Source of the DNA: Octopus vulgaris
Lineage: Eukaryota
DNA: 64,000 nt
Assembly (NCBI GenBank): GCA_951406725.2
Contig: OX597831.1
Span: 61,008,001 to 61,072,000 of the forward strand
Direction: 5' to 3'
A model generated the notes under the pieces. The model was given only the letters and a program-made list of their open reading frames with translations, was not told where the DNA came from and did no database searches. Both the position numbers and the translations under genes were made by a program. Shown here piece after piece: positions 26,040 through 38,494 of the stretch (its first letter is position 1; every line of letters begins with the position of its first letter).

Positions 26040-26930
26040 CTTGATTGAGCTGTATGCTCAATCATCAGCATCTTCCATAGACTTGATGTGTTCCCATAGT
26101 CTTCCCAGTTCCTATTTCATTTATCGATGCAGTCTTGTACAGTATTTGCTTTCATATGATTAAAAGCACTTTCAAACGTTGAAGTACATCTTAGAATATA
26201 GCGTCGGTTGTGTACTGCCTACCAACCTCTATTTTTTAGAACAGCCCAGTCAATCTCACTTGGTTGCAAAACCCAAGTAATGAGGTAGAGAAAATATTAC
26301 TTCATGTCCTCCAACTTGAACCATTCTTGCGATAATAGGAATTACCTTATCTTGGATATACAGCTGCTGTTTATCCCATGACGTGTCTTCGTGTCGTTGC
26401 CATCAAAGCCCGTGTCGTATTTTGTATACGCTTATTGTGAGTATTTCTTCCTTGTCGTTCTTTCTCGGCGCATTTTCGGGTAGCCTTTTATAGTACTTGG
26501 CATTGTTCATCACGATAAGAGCAACGGATATATTTCTCCCCTTCAAAGACCGCAATAACTGCCTCATCCATTTGACAAAATATTTTGTGATCAGACAATT
26601 CATGATAATCCTTTATTTGCTACTTTCTCCCTTCAAAGATATCAAGGGTATCCATACTGTTGTTCTTACTTGATCTTCTGGAATGTTATGATCAACATCT
26701 ATAGTTGCAGCAATGAAACAATATCATTGTTCGTCGTGGCATCCAATAGTTGTAAGATCTTGCTCATCATTTGGCTCGTACAATGAATCCTCGTGCCGAC
26801 GGTTCTTGTGAATGTAGCTTTCATCCATATAAACAATCCTCTGACTTATCTCTTCATTTACTTTGAACATTCGCTGACATGTTGGTCACGCATGAGCAAA
26901 ATGTGTTCTCTTGTGCGACAGCTTTTTCTT
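26040..26930 (-). mobile_element. decayed IS630-Tc1-mariner transposase with DD82E-like spacing (Sailor-like)
   Basis: IVYMDESYIH (~26830), LIVM(D>N)NAKY (26507) and LQPSEIDWAV.K.EVGRQYT (E at 26257); 247 nt between the second D position and the E. Confidence 0.75.
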
Positions 26931-27159
26931 TCTTAAAATAGAACAAGGTGAACAGATTCTTTACAAGACCATGATCTGTGCAGTCATTGATCGCTAGTAG
27001 TAGTAAACACATTTTTTCTTCTACTGATCCCAAGGGTGTGGGACCTCTTTTATCCCCTTATCACACAAGAATGTCCACCACTGATCTCCTTAACATGTAC
27101 CGAATGTATTTACAGAACTATAGAATTTGGCCTATTCATCAAGCTTCTTCTCTTTCTCC

Positions 27160-27330
27160 TACTCTCAAGACGGTCACAAAACTAGTGATTAAGGGAGCAC
27201 TTGAAATGACTAGTAAAGGAACTAAAAGTTAGTTGAGAATGACCCCTGGATTACCATTCATGCAGGGAGCGCAAAAGATAGTATTAAGTGTTAACTGCAA
27301 ACGTAAACAGAGGACTGATTAGTATAGACC
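27160..27330 (+). mobile_element. degenerate RLE LINE C-terminal fragment
   Basis: VIKGALEMTSKGT..LRMTPGLP...AQKIVL resembles the end of ORF 28147-28617. Confidence 0.55.
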
Positions 27331-27509
27331 CTTGTATAAGGAGTGAAATAAGAACGCTTGCCGAGTATTTGATAAGGATGACCCGCTGCAATATACCGGG
27401 ACCCATATTATTATTGACAATCTTAAATGCTAGAGGTAGAATGATGGTGGTAATGATAATCATTGTGGTTATGGAGGCGACACATTGCCAGCACGTTATT
27501 CATATATAT

Positions 27510-27733
27510 TTCTTTATTACCCACAAGGGGCTAAACATAGAGGGGACAAACAAGGACAAAGTATTAAGTCGATTATATAGACCCCAGTGCGTAACTGGTA
27601 CTTAATTTATCGAACCCGAAAGGATGAAAGGCAAAGTCGACCTCGGCGGAATTTGAACTCAGAACGTAACGGCAGACGAAATACGGCTCCGCATTTCGCC
27701 CGGCCTGCTAACGTTTCTGCCAGCTCGCCGCCT
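27510..27733 (-). mobile_element. SINE family A, full length, with TSD
   Basis: TSD cacgttattcatatatat at 27492-27509 and 27734-27751. Confidence 0.9.
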
Positions 27734-28193
27734 CACGTTATTCATATATATATGTGTATGTACACACATATGCACGTGTATATACAAATAAAGAGAAGAA
27801 GAGAGAGATGGGATCTCAAAAACAACTCTCATAAGAATCCCACGAACGACTCATAAAATCATGATGTAGCACAACAAGGAAAGAATTAACGACGAAAGGA
27901 AGCTATAGCCGATCATTGTGAAGGTTTCCTGCCCGGCACGCCCGAAACTGCCCACATCAGGGATAGTGATCTGGCTTCGAGCGGTCTTTATGTCACAACA
28001 GATCACATACAATGTGTGCGCAAAAACAGACATAAGTGGACGAAGGAAGAGTACTTTGAAATTTTGGATGGAAAAAGACATTTGTCCAATGTCACATATT
28101 AAGCAAAGTATTATCTGTCTGAAATCCTTGTGTTGTGACTTGACAGATGACTAAAGTCTCCGGTGCATTTTTTACCTACACTGTGTTACGAAG

Positions 28194-28250
<57 letters not shown>

Positions 28251-28258
28251 TAATAATA

Positions 28259-28790
28259 AGGCCAATAAACCAGATATTGTTGTGAGAACCATCAAGGACA
28301 ATAAACCAGATATTGTTGTGAAAGACCAAAACAATAAAGTTTGCTTATTGATCGACATGAACATCCCCTGTGATCATAATATCTCAGCGAAAGAGTTTTA
28401 CAAGCTCAGAAAATATAAAGACCTACTCATTGAAATTGATAAAATGTGGCATCTCAAGGCGGTTACAATACCAGTGATCGTAGGAGCACTAGGAATGATC
28501 AAAAAGGGAACCGAAAATTATATGAGAATGATCCCTGGCTTACCATCCCTGCAAGAAGTGCAAAAGATTGTCTTAACTGGTACATCACACGTATTGAGAA
28601 GAGCATTGTCGATGTGAGAACTGTTGCTGCTCATGTATTTTAATTTAACTTTTAAACAAAATTTTAAAAATGAACGAACAGTTGAGTTTGATTTAATGGC
28701 CTACCAATGTATACTATGAGTTTCTTTGCCCTAGGAGTCGGGAAGACACTCGGCAAGAAATGGAAGCAAATTTGAAAGAAAAAGAAAGTA
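28259..28790 (+). mobile_element. 5'-truncated RLE LINE (3'-UTR family 2), endonuclease region
   Basis: NKPDIVV..CLLIDM..KYKDL..MWHLK..PVIVGALG; (AAT)n on both sides. Confidence 0.9.
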
Positions 28791-28822
28791 ATAATAATGA
28801 CAATAATAATAACAATAATAAC

Positions 28823-28915
<93 letters not shown>

Positions 28916-31100
28916 TGAGCAAGTGGCAAGATAAAATTCAGTAAACAAACTGATCTTCTCCGATGTAGTTTAGACCCACTGAAAAACTTAACCAATACTT
29001 TTAATATAAAGCCATCTAAGAAGAGAAATATAATGAGAAAGTATTCATTAAAGCCAGAACGCCAATTTGCTGAAGTAGTGGATATAAAGCAATAAGTGCA
29101 GGCCAAGGCTAAGCGTATACGCTGCTTCGATAAACTATCCAAGTTCTTCAAAGAAACAGCATGTTTTAAAATAATCTAATGAAGTTCTATAGGAATGTTG
29201 GAAAAAGCACCATCAAAAGAAGACAAGTCCCCTTCAGAGACTGAATTACTGCAGTTTTGAAGGAAAATCTGGGCATAACTCTGGTGCACCATGGGTTACT
29301 TGACAACAAAAGACACTGAGGTTATAGAACAGCAAATACTTGAAGGGTTAAATGTAGGTGAAAAACATTAAAAAGTCACAGTAAATATAAATGTCCTGGT
29401 ATAGATAATATTCCAAACTACTGGTTCAGTGTTTTTACAGACTTACACAAGAAACTAACTTTTTGCTGCAACACACTTATGAAAGAACCGCAGGTGACCC
29501 CAGATGAGCTGGTCAATGGAATCATTTTTTATTTGCCAGAGATTACGAAACAAAATAATCTTTATTACTAAAATTTCATAACGTGGTATACATCACTGTA
29601 GAAATGCCTTACATCTCTCCTAATTGAATGCAAATATGCTTTTCGCATGAACAAATTGTATGTATATGCGTATCTTGTAGAAGAAGGAATCAACTGTTGA
29701 TTAACAGAATGATCTTGGGGGATTGTCACAACAGGAAACAATATCTCTCAGTGGTTTGATAAGAAGGCTTTGATAGTCTTCCTCACCAGCGGATACAGAA
29801 ACGCTTGGAAATGTTCAAACTTTCACCAGTAATCATAGATTTTGTATCTCATGCCTTGCAGCTCTGGGAAAGGATTTCAAATCTCAGCATGACGCTCAAT
29901 GATAATCATGGAATCTTTCAAGGAGACTCGTTATCTCCTTTGTTATTCTGCTTAGCAATATTTCCTCTTAGTAAACTCCTGAATGAAATAAATTATGAAT
30001 ACATGGTGGATGGAAAAACAGTTAATTGTCTCCTCTATATGGATGACTTACAAGGATTAACAACCAGCAATCCTACACATAGTCAAACAATTTACTGAAG
30101 ATTTCAAAATGGAATTTGGGATTGAGAAATGCACCATGGCTACATTCACCATGGAGATAAAAAGAATTAGAACCTCACAGCAGTTATAATTATCTGGAAA
30201 TATGTTAAGGAAATGTGATTAAATACACACTAATGAGAGAAAAGATAAGGAACGTGTACTACCGAGGAATAAGAACCATTCTGAATATCAGAAACAAAAT
30301 CGAGGCCATGAACACATTAACCATGCATGTAATCACATACATTTTCAATATTATAAACGGGTCACCCTCTGTCAGAATAGGAAATCAAATGACAATACAT
30401 CGTAAATATCACCCAAAAAGAGTCTCAGACTAAATATATCTCCTGAGAAAAGAAGGCGCTCCAGGGTTATTACAGTCTCAACTCTCATAGAAAATTGCAA
30501 CTATTGGAGCGCCAGCCTACATGCAACAAGCGAAACGAATGAATGTTAAACTGGTTCTGAAACATGAAGACCTCGATAATTTACACTCAGTGACGAAAAG
30601 CACGAAGATGTACCTCCGAGATATGTAATTAGACGAACCGGTACCCAAAGAAAATGTGCCTACAGCAGTCAAAGCAAAACAAATATAAAACGTTGCCAAG
30701 CAATTCATCCTCTATTATATTTAGGAGATATGGGAGCAAATACCACTGCTTGGCAAACAGCCGGCATGAATAAGGGGCAGCCCTGCTGTGGACCAAACCA
30801 TTCCTCATCCGTGGCTGTCATGCTGTTGTCTAAAACTAGACTTTGACGGACTATATCATTGCAGCTCAGGTTCAGAGACTTCTAACTAGGAATTACCAGA
30901 GTAATGTACTGAAATATGAAATCAGATCATCATGCCACATATGCGGAGACCCAATGACATCATGTCTGGATGCAGCAGACTGGCACCAATAGAATACTTG
31001 CAAAGGCATGGCAGCGCGGCTCATTGGTCAATATATTGCACATACAATGCCACTAAAAAGAAAAATGCGTGAGAACATAAGCCAAGATAAGTTGCCCAAA
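28916..31100 (+). mobile_element. old, heavily decayed RLE LINE including the RT domain
   Basis: VQAKAKRIR; GIFQGDSLSPLLFCLA; LLYMDDL; YHPK; IIAAQ..TRNYQ; C..CG..SGC..LAP.EYLQRH; many stops and frameshifts. Confidence 0.85.
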
Positions 31101-31169
31101 ATACCGAAGTTACCATTCATTGGAATTTTATCTCCCTCTCTCCATCCCTCTCGCTCTCTCTCTCTCTCT

Positions 31170-31171
<2 letters not shown>

Positions 31172-31250
<79 letters not shown>

Positions 31251-31262
31251 TATCCGTATATA

Positions 31263-31317
<55 letters not shown>

Positions 31318-31377
31318 ATATATATATATATCTAGACATATATATATCTATAAATATATATATATATATATATATAC
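31172..31377. repeat. (TA)n microsatellite
   Basis: Direct reading. Confidence 0.95.
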
Positions 31378-31473
31378 TCTGATACTTTTATAGGTTTCAG
31401 CCATTATTGGCCCAGGCCATGTCTAACTTAATAGCACCACCTGGTGCTATTATATACATATATATATTTATAC

Positions 31474-31519
<46 letters not shown>

Positions 31520-31523
<4 letters not shown>

Positions 31524-32002
31524 CATAAGTTGAAGACGGGAAGGATGACTTCCCTTCACAAATACTGATAGGGCACAGAAAGTGTGTATATAGCCAGCTG
31601 GATGAGGTGTCTTCCTGGGGCTACAAGCTACAGTAGCATCCACCCTTAGGGGTTAGCCATATTCAAATGACAAATATACGTATATATCTATATATGTATA
31701 TGTAAAAACATACAGGGACAAGAACGCAAAATATTTAGAAGACGATACAAAAAACAATGGCGGGACATTCGAAGCCTTCAATCTTCAGTCAAGAACGGGA
31801 TTATCCTCGCAATTTCGGCTGATTAATCTTGAGATTGCTCCGGTCTGGCCAGCCCCAAAGAAAAGTCTAAGCCAAGCGCATTAGATTCCTTGGAAGAAAG
31901 CCTCGAATGTATACAAAACAAGGACGGAAAAACGGACGATGTTACACGAATAAGAATACAAAAATACGTAAAAACAATAATGATAACACGAATAAGAATA
32001 GA
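31520..32002 (-). mobile_element. non-coding pLTR/retrozyme-like repeat in (TA)n carrying a permuted hammerhead motif
   Basis: T-rich minus strand with the same overall layout as 33640-34065; boundaries approximate. Confidence 0.55.
31773..31845 (-). ncRNA. putative pseudoknotted (non-circularly permuted) hammerhead ribozyme
   Basis: GCAAU-C-UCAAGA uuaauc AGCC-GAA-AUUGC (14 nt) UCUUGA-CUGAAGA-uugaa-GGCU. Confidence 0.6.
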
Positions 32003-32034
32003 AATATATCTATATATATCTATCTATATATATA

Positions 32035-32109
<75 letters not shown>

Positions 32110-32111
32110 AT

Positions 32112-32355
32112 ATATTGCCCACCGGATGCTCCAAATCACATAGGCAAGTTTGAAGATTGCTTTACAAGAATTAAAGAAATCCTCATGAATCCTCATGAAT
32201 CTGGAATACCACGTGACCATATTTCTTATGGCTGATTTCAACTTCCCCAACGTCAAATGGCCCGAAGGTCTCATTCTCTCAGGAATGAATCTTTGCAAGC
32301 AAGTACAGGTGGAGTCCAAGTTATATCTTGATATCGCTAGTGATAACAATACTCA
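32112..32355 (+). mobile_element. AP-endonuclease fragment of a CR1/L2-type LINE
   Basis: Y(C)[29 protein letters not shown], once a 10-bp duplication (aatcctcatg) is removed. Confidence 0.7.
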
Positions 32356-32369
32356 AAATATATAACAGA

Positions 32370-33203
32370 CTGGAATTGTAGGCCCGTCTCTCGCAATTTC
32401 GATCAATTGGATCTTGTCCTCCCTCTTATATAGAAGTGTACGGCTGTAGCGAAATTCATTTTTGAACTTTCTTCTATCGAAGGCATTTGAACAAAAATGC
32501 TTCCGTAAAGACGGTGAAAATATTGTCACGTTCCCCAAACAGGGACGCAATCAAATTTTTGAACAATAACCAAAGCCCCTTCTCTAAAAGGGGGAGGGTT
32601 ACGGTTTACAATTATTTAACAAATGCAACACAACAACGTTTCCCTGACGAGGAATTAACAAATGTGATTACAATAGTCAAACAGTAATAATAATAACAAC
32701 AAACCTTTTTAATTTATCCCCATTTATGTGAAACCACTTATTCAAGTTCAAGTCATTGATGCAATTTTATACGAATTGCTAATACACACACACTCACACA
32801 TAATAAGGGTGAAAAATTGAATATTGATTTGAGTAATATGAATTGAAAACCAGTGGTGTAGCATATAAGACCATAGCGGATCTTCTTCTAGCAAGAGGAT
32901 GACCACTGTTAATGGTTCATCCCTGTTATATAATACTTTCACTTTAATAGTTTCAGTATTAAAGTGAATGTCTGCATTACAGTAGAGAGATGTTTTTGTT
33001 TCACTTTTAACACGTAATACTGAAATAGTGGAGAAGATATGATATTGCTGTGGGGTCGCCATAGGGAAAACGTTTTGCTGATGACACTCCCCTGACCTTA
33101 AGTAAGGCATGTATAAAATTTGAATGAAAACGGTTGTGTAGTTCTCAAGTTTTAGGGAAACACACAGACAGGCACACATTCTCAGTTTTATATATATAGA
33201 GAT
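32370..33203 (+). mobile_element. non-autonomous Helitron/Helentron-like (Lep1/DINE-type) element; 5' boundary uncertain
   Basis: End motif catgtataaaatttgaatgaaaacggttgtgtagtt...cacagacag...ttttatatatatagagat resembles this element class. Confidence 0.5.
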
Positions 33204-33208
33204 ATATG

Positions 33209-33251
<43 letters not shown>

Positions 33252-33266
33252 TTGAGTGTCGATTTT

Positions 33267-33298
<32 letters not shown>

Positions 33299-33301
<3 letters not shown>

Positions 33302-34179
33302 GTATGTATGCATATATTTTATTTATTACACTATTGTATGATTGAGCGCCCTCGCGTCGATTCGATTCGTTCCGTTTCGTTTCCTCCTAGTAAATTTTTA
33401 TATATAATTATGGCATGAAACTATATAACTCTTTGCTTGACCTACCCTTCCTTCCCTATCTCCCTCTCTCTCACTCCTCCTCATCTCTCTCACAGCCGTT
33501 TGTCTTCGTATATCTCTCTCTCACTCCTCCTCATCTCTCTCACAACCGGGCGACTACTTCCTTTCGCCTGCGGCCTCCTAACAGTGATCAACGTTCCTCT
33601 TGCGCTCATAAAAATCTATCCTCATTGTTTGTTTTCTTGTTTGTTTTTATTTCTTCTACTGTATTTTTTGGTAATTATATTTTTATTTTGTATTTTATTT
33701 TGTAATTTTATTTGTATCGTTTTTACGTCCTGTATTTGTCACATTTTTTTCTTTCCTTGTTTTTACCCCTCTGCGAAGTAATTTTATTTAATTCTTTCGC
33801 AGGAAGGGCTAGTTCGACGAGTCGTGTTCTGTCTTCACCTTCGAAACACGCTGGAGTTGAACTAGGGACAGCTGATGAAGGGGAATTTTCCTCGTGTAGT
33901 TTGTCTTGTACTCTGTTTTTTCGTTGTTTAAAAAGGTCCGTTTCCATGTTTGTTTTTACGTTTTCGTTTCTCGTTGAGTTCTACGTCTAATTCTGGTGTC
34001 GTGTACTCACGTATATATATTTACATATGCATGTATATATACATGTAGATGTAGGTACGTACATATATGTATGTATGTATGCATATATTTTATTTATTAC
34101 ACTATTGTATGACTGAGCGCCCTCGCGTCGATTCGATTCGTTTTGTTTCGTTTCGTTTCGTTTCGTTTCCTCCTAGTAA

Positions 34180-34183
<4 letters not shown>
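33299..34183 (+). mobile_element. non-coding element with ~100-bp direct terminal redundancy (unit ~771 nt) inserted in (TA)n; pLTR/retrozyme-like
   Basis: 33299-33397 is repeated at 34070-34183; internal hairpins and a hammerhead-core motif. Confidence 0.7.
33809..33883 (+). ncRNA. putative pseudoknotted (non-circularly permuted) hammerhead ribozyme
   Basis: CGUGU-U-CUGUCUU cac CUUC-GAA-ACACG (14 nt) GGGACAG-CUGAUGA-A-GGGG. Confidence 0.65.
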
Positions 34184-34251
<68 letters not shown>

Positions 34252-34789
34252 AGGGAAGTTCAATAATATACATTATAAGGTGCAGTAAATTGTGAAACGT
34301 TGTTCCTGTTCACTAAATAGAATTATATCTATGTTTTTTTTTCATTTTTCTTTTTGTGTGTGTGTGTGTGTTAACATAACTAACACAGTTAAAAGGCGTT
34401 TTGTTGTTGAGACAAAAGTAGTATGTACTAAGTGTTAATGAAGGAGAAAGAAAACAATTCTGAAAACAACACAGCGATCATAACTCTAGCAGAATTTCAA
34501 TCAAACAGAAAGCATACGGTAGATATGTATTTTTCTTCGCAAGTAAATTCTTCTCTGCTACAATGAAAGACGACAGAAGTTATATAGAAGATGAAAATGA
34601 AAATATTAGTTAATTGATTAACTCCTAACAATTAACAAGAATGGGTCAGAATGAAAAGAATACAATGTAATTAACCGTCTATTAAGAAAAGGTAAATACA
34701 AGGTAATATATTTCCAGCAATTAAGTAGGATTGTAGTTACGAGAAACACAATATCCTCATTATAAGAGCAATAGAAATAACAAAAACCT

Positions 34790-34937
34790 TAGTGATGGCG
34801 GTGATGATGGTGGCGATGCTGATGACGATGAGGATGAGGAGGTTGAGGATAATAGTAATGACAACGGTGGTAGTCGCAAGGATGATGATGAGCATAGCAA
34901 CTGATGATGGTGATAATAATAATAGTAATAATGATTA

Positions 34938-34996
<59 letters not shown>

Positions 34997-35111
34997 ATGA
35001 TGATGATAATAACAATAATAAGGATGAAGATAATGACGACGACGACGATCATTATGAGGAGGAGGAGGAGGTGGATGGAATGGTGATGTTGATTGTGTCG
35101 GTAACATTAAC

Positions 35112-35180
<69 letters not shown>
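34790..35180. repeat. compound (GAT)/(ATT)/(AAT) low-complexity tract
   Basis: Direct reading. Confidence 0.9.
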
Positions 35181-35181
<1 letters not shown>

Positions 35182-35919
35182 GAGAAAATACAATAACAGT
35201 TGTTCAATAGTTTCTGAAAAGATCAACAAAACCCTTTTTTATAAAAGAATCCCTGTAAGATACATATTTTCTCTCGAGAAAGCTCGTAACGGTAACATAA
35301 TCAGACTGCAATTGTTTATTGTTTAAATATTATTAATGTAATAGATAACTAGCAAGAATTGGGCAACTGTAAGTCTGTAATAGGCGGTAGTAGATAGCGG
35401 AGAAAGAAGAACGTGAGAAACCCATCCTTGAATCACATGTTCAGTTTCAGGCGACAAAAAGTCATTAACTACAGAAAAGTAACCATATAGAGCAAAAAGA
35501 AAATAGAAAAATAAATAAAAGCAAATATACCGATGAAAATAACGAGATATGCAGCTAATTATTTGCATGGAGGTTCAGATATTTAAATATGCAATAGAAA
35601 TCATTTGGATAAGTATAGTTATTTTTTTTCATTTGTTTTTATTTTTTTTCTTTTGTCATATAATTACTCATCTCCATGTTCAAAACATCTGCAAAATCAA
35701 TTTATATTTTTATCATTTGCAAAGTATGTGCTGTTATAGTTAGTCATTACATTTTGTTCTTTATTTTTGATTTTTTTACTTCTTAGTTTCGTACTTCTAC
35801 CACATCTACATTACATGACTTACAGGAAATATTCCGTTGTATATATATAATTCTTACATACACCCATACACACGCACAACATACGCACACACACAAATAC
35901 ATAAATATATGTATGCGTG

Positions 35920-36081
35920 TGTATATATATATATATATATACATATATGTATATACATATAATATATATACATATAATATATATATACATATACATATAC
36001 ATATAATATATATATACATATACATATATGTATATACATATAATATATATATACATATATATGTATATATACATATATATA

Positions 36082-36144
<63 letters not shown>

Positions 36145-36178
36145 CATATAACATATATATACATATGATATATATGTA

Positions 36179-36260
<82 letters not shown>

Positions 36261-36300
36261 TAGATATACATATACATATAATATATAAATATATATACAC
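35920..36300. repeat. (TA)/(TACA)/(GATA) compound microsatellite
   Basis: Direct reading. Confidence 0.95.
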
Positions 36301-36859
36301 ATAATTGCATGAACGCATCGGTGCGGATGAAGATATGGATATATATGTGAGAGAGAGAGAGAGAGGGAGAGCTTACATAATTGTATGCATGTATACACGC
36401 ATATACACGTACATAATGTTTGTATGTATATATATATACATGAAGTATAAACACACTGATCAAAAACATTATTTGCATGGATTGCATGATAATTAGTGTT
36501 AGAGAGGTGTCTTTCATCAAAAGAGCTCAACAAATACCCATATAACAAGTGATTGGAGAGTAAAACGTTAGTCTTTTGTGATAAATAATTGGCAAAAAAG
36601 TTAACGTCAAACATACGATATAAAGGAAGTGCGTGTGATGAAACCTTTCTGGAAGCTCATACTACAAGATGTTCTGTTTTAAGAACTGCATTTCTCATCT
36701 AGGTCTCATATCACACATAATTCCTCTCTGCACAGTAGTCATTGAAGAATGAATACAAACGTACATGGATCAGAAAAACCTCAGAAAAACAGACATAATT
36801 ATATACAAAGAAAGAAAATAGTCTTGTATAAAATAAGTTAAAATAGTGTTTGGTATATA

Positions 36860-37330
36860 TATATATATATAATACGTTCTATCTGTCTGTGTGTATCTCT
36901 TCTAGGATCTCGGGCATCCTCCATCCGATTGCGCTCAAAATTGATATGTAGATACCGACGGTATCAAGGCGTGTATATGTTTTGAAAAAATTACAAAAAT
37001 CGATTCCAGGTGAGAATGCGATCGATAAAGCCGTGGGAACCTGCAATTGTACGCGCCAGTACATCAGCTGTTGCGATCGATACTACGCGTACGCGAGAAA
37101 AATGCACGTGCAGTTTGCGCAAAAAAGCCCGCTGGTTTGAAATAATATCACAAAATGCAGTATATTCAAGAAACCAAAAACGTAAGATGCAAAAGAGATA
37201 TTTTCTTCAAACTTGGCATGAAAGAAGGAAACCCAATTTGGTTTCTCAAGAAGATTTAGTTTGCCTTAACTTCGTTTAACAAAAGCAAAAATTTTATTGA
37301 AATAAAGGCATGGTTAATTATTTTTCAATG
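36860..37330. mobile_element. possible DINE/Helentron-like non-autonomous element
   Basis: Starts ctatctgtctgtgtg..ggatctc..ccgattgcgctcaaaatt; CpG-rich relative to the flanks; right boundary uncertain. Confidence 0.4.
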
Positions 37331-37404
37331 AAAAGAAAACAGTGATTGCTTCTTATTCAACAGATATGATGCGGCATCGTCCAATAAACGGGGAGTGTTT
37401 TGCT

Positions 37405-37443
<39 letters not shown>

Positions 37444-37795
37444 AGAGAGAGAGAGAAAAAGAGAGAGGGAGAACTTATCTTGCATGTGTGTTGAATTATC
37501 AATGTTTAAATAAGTCAACAATTCTCCTTGATATGAAATGGATGAATAATGCCAGCGAGATGAATGAAGTTTATTTAAAGTTACCACTGTTCATAAAGAA
37601 CAAACTTCACATTTAACGTACAAACCAAATCAATCAATTTTGAAAATTAATTAAATCTAAATTTGATACATATTACAAACTTCAGCTGTATGCTCCGTAT
37701 TATGTGAAAAGAAATTCATGACTTTAAACTATATTTACCCTCATTCATGCTCGCCAATTCGTAATTCAAGGTACTCAAATATTTTTCAAAATTGT

Positions 37796-37921
<126 letters not shown>

Positions 37922-38459
37922 GAAGTCACAATATATGGATTCAAGTAATCTTGTTGGACTCGTGAAAAATATTCTTAATTTATTCTGTAAAACAGAATAT
38001 ATAAAGTCAAGAGGAAGCGATAATGAGTGTATAAAGTCAAGAATGATAGAGAAATAATTTGATGAAATTGCATTTAAGAATAAGAAAATTCAAAATGTAC
38101 GCCAAATTGCTTGGTAACTTAAAATCATGTAGATAATTTATATTATTATATTTAATAATAAATAAATTACTTCTATGCCTGCATTAATGAAAATGCAAAA
38201 TATGCTTCATAATAATGCAAAAGTTTAGAAGCTACGTCCTCAGGTGAAAGAAATTCTTTCAGGAAGCAGCTTAAATTCTGTAATATTTTCAAGGATGTTT
38301 TACATATTGTATTAATGTAGGCATGTAAGTAATTTATTTATTATTATATATAATCATATAAATTATTTACATATTTTTTAAGTTGCGAAACAATTTGTGA
38401 TAAAATTTGAATGTTCTTATTGTTAAATAAAATTTCATCAAATAATATAGATGTCATAC

Positions 38460-38494
<35 letters not shown>

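Noticed and set aside
33865-33906. Conventional type I hammerhead starting at CUGAUGA 33872
   Set aside because: No GAAA lies downstream (CGUGU instead); only the upstream GAAA fits, which gives the permuted model.
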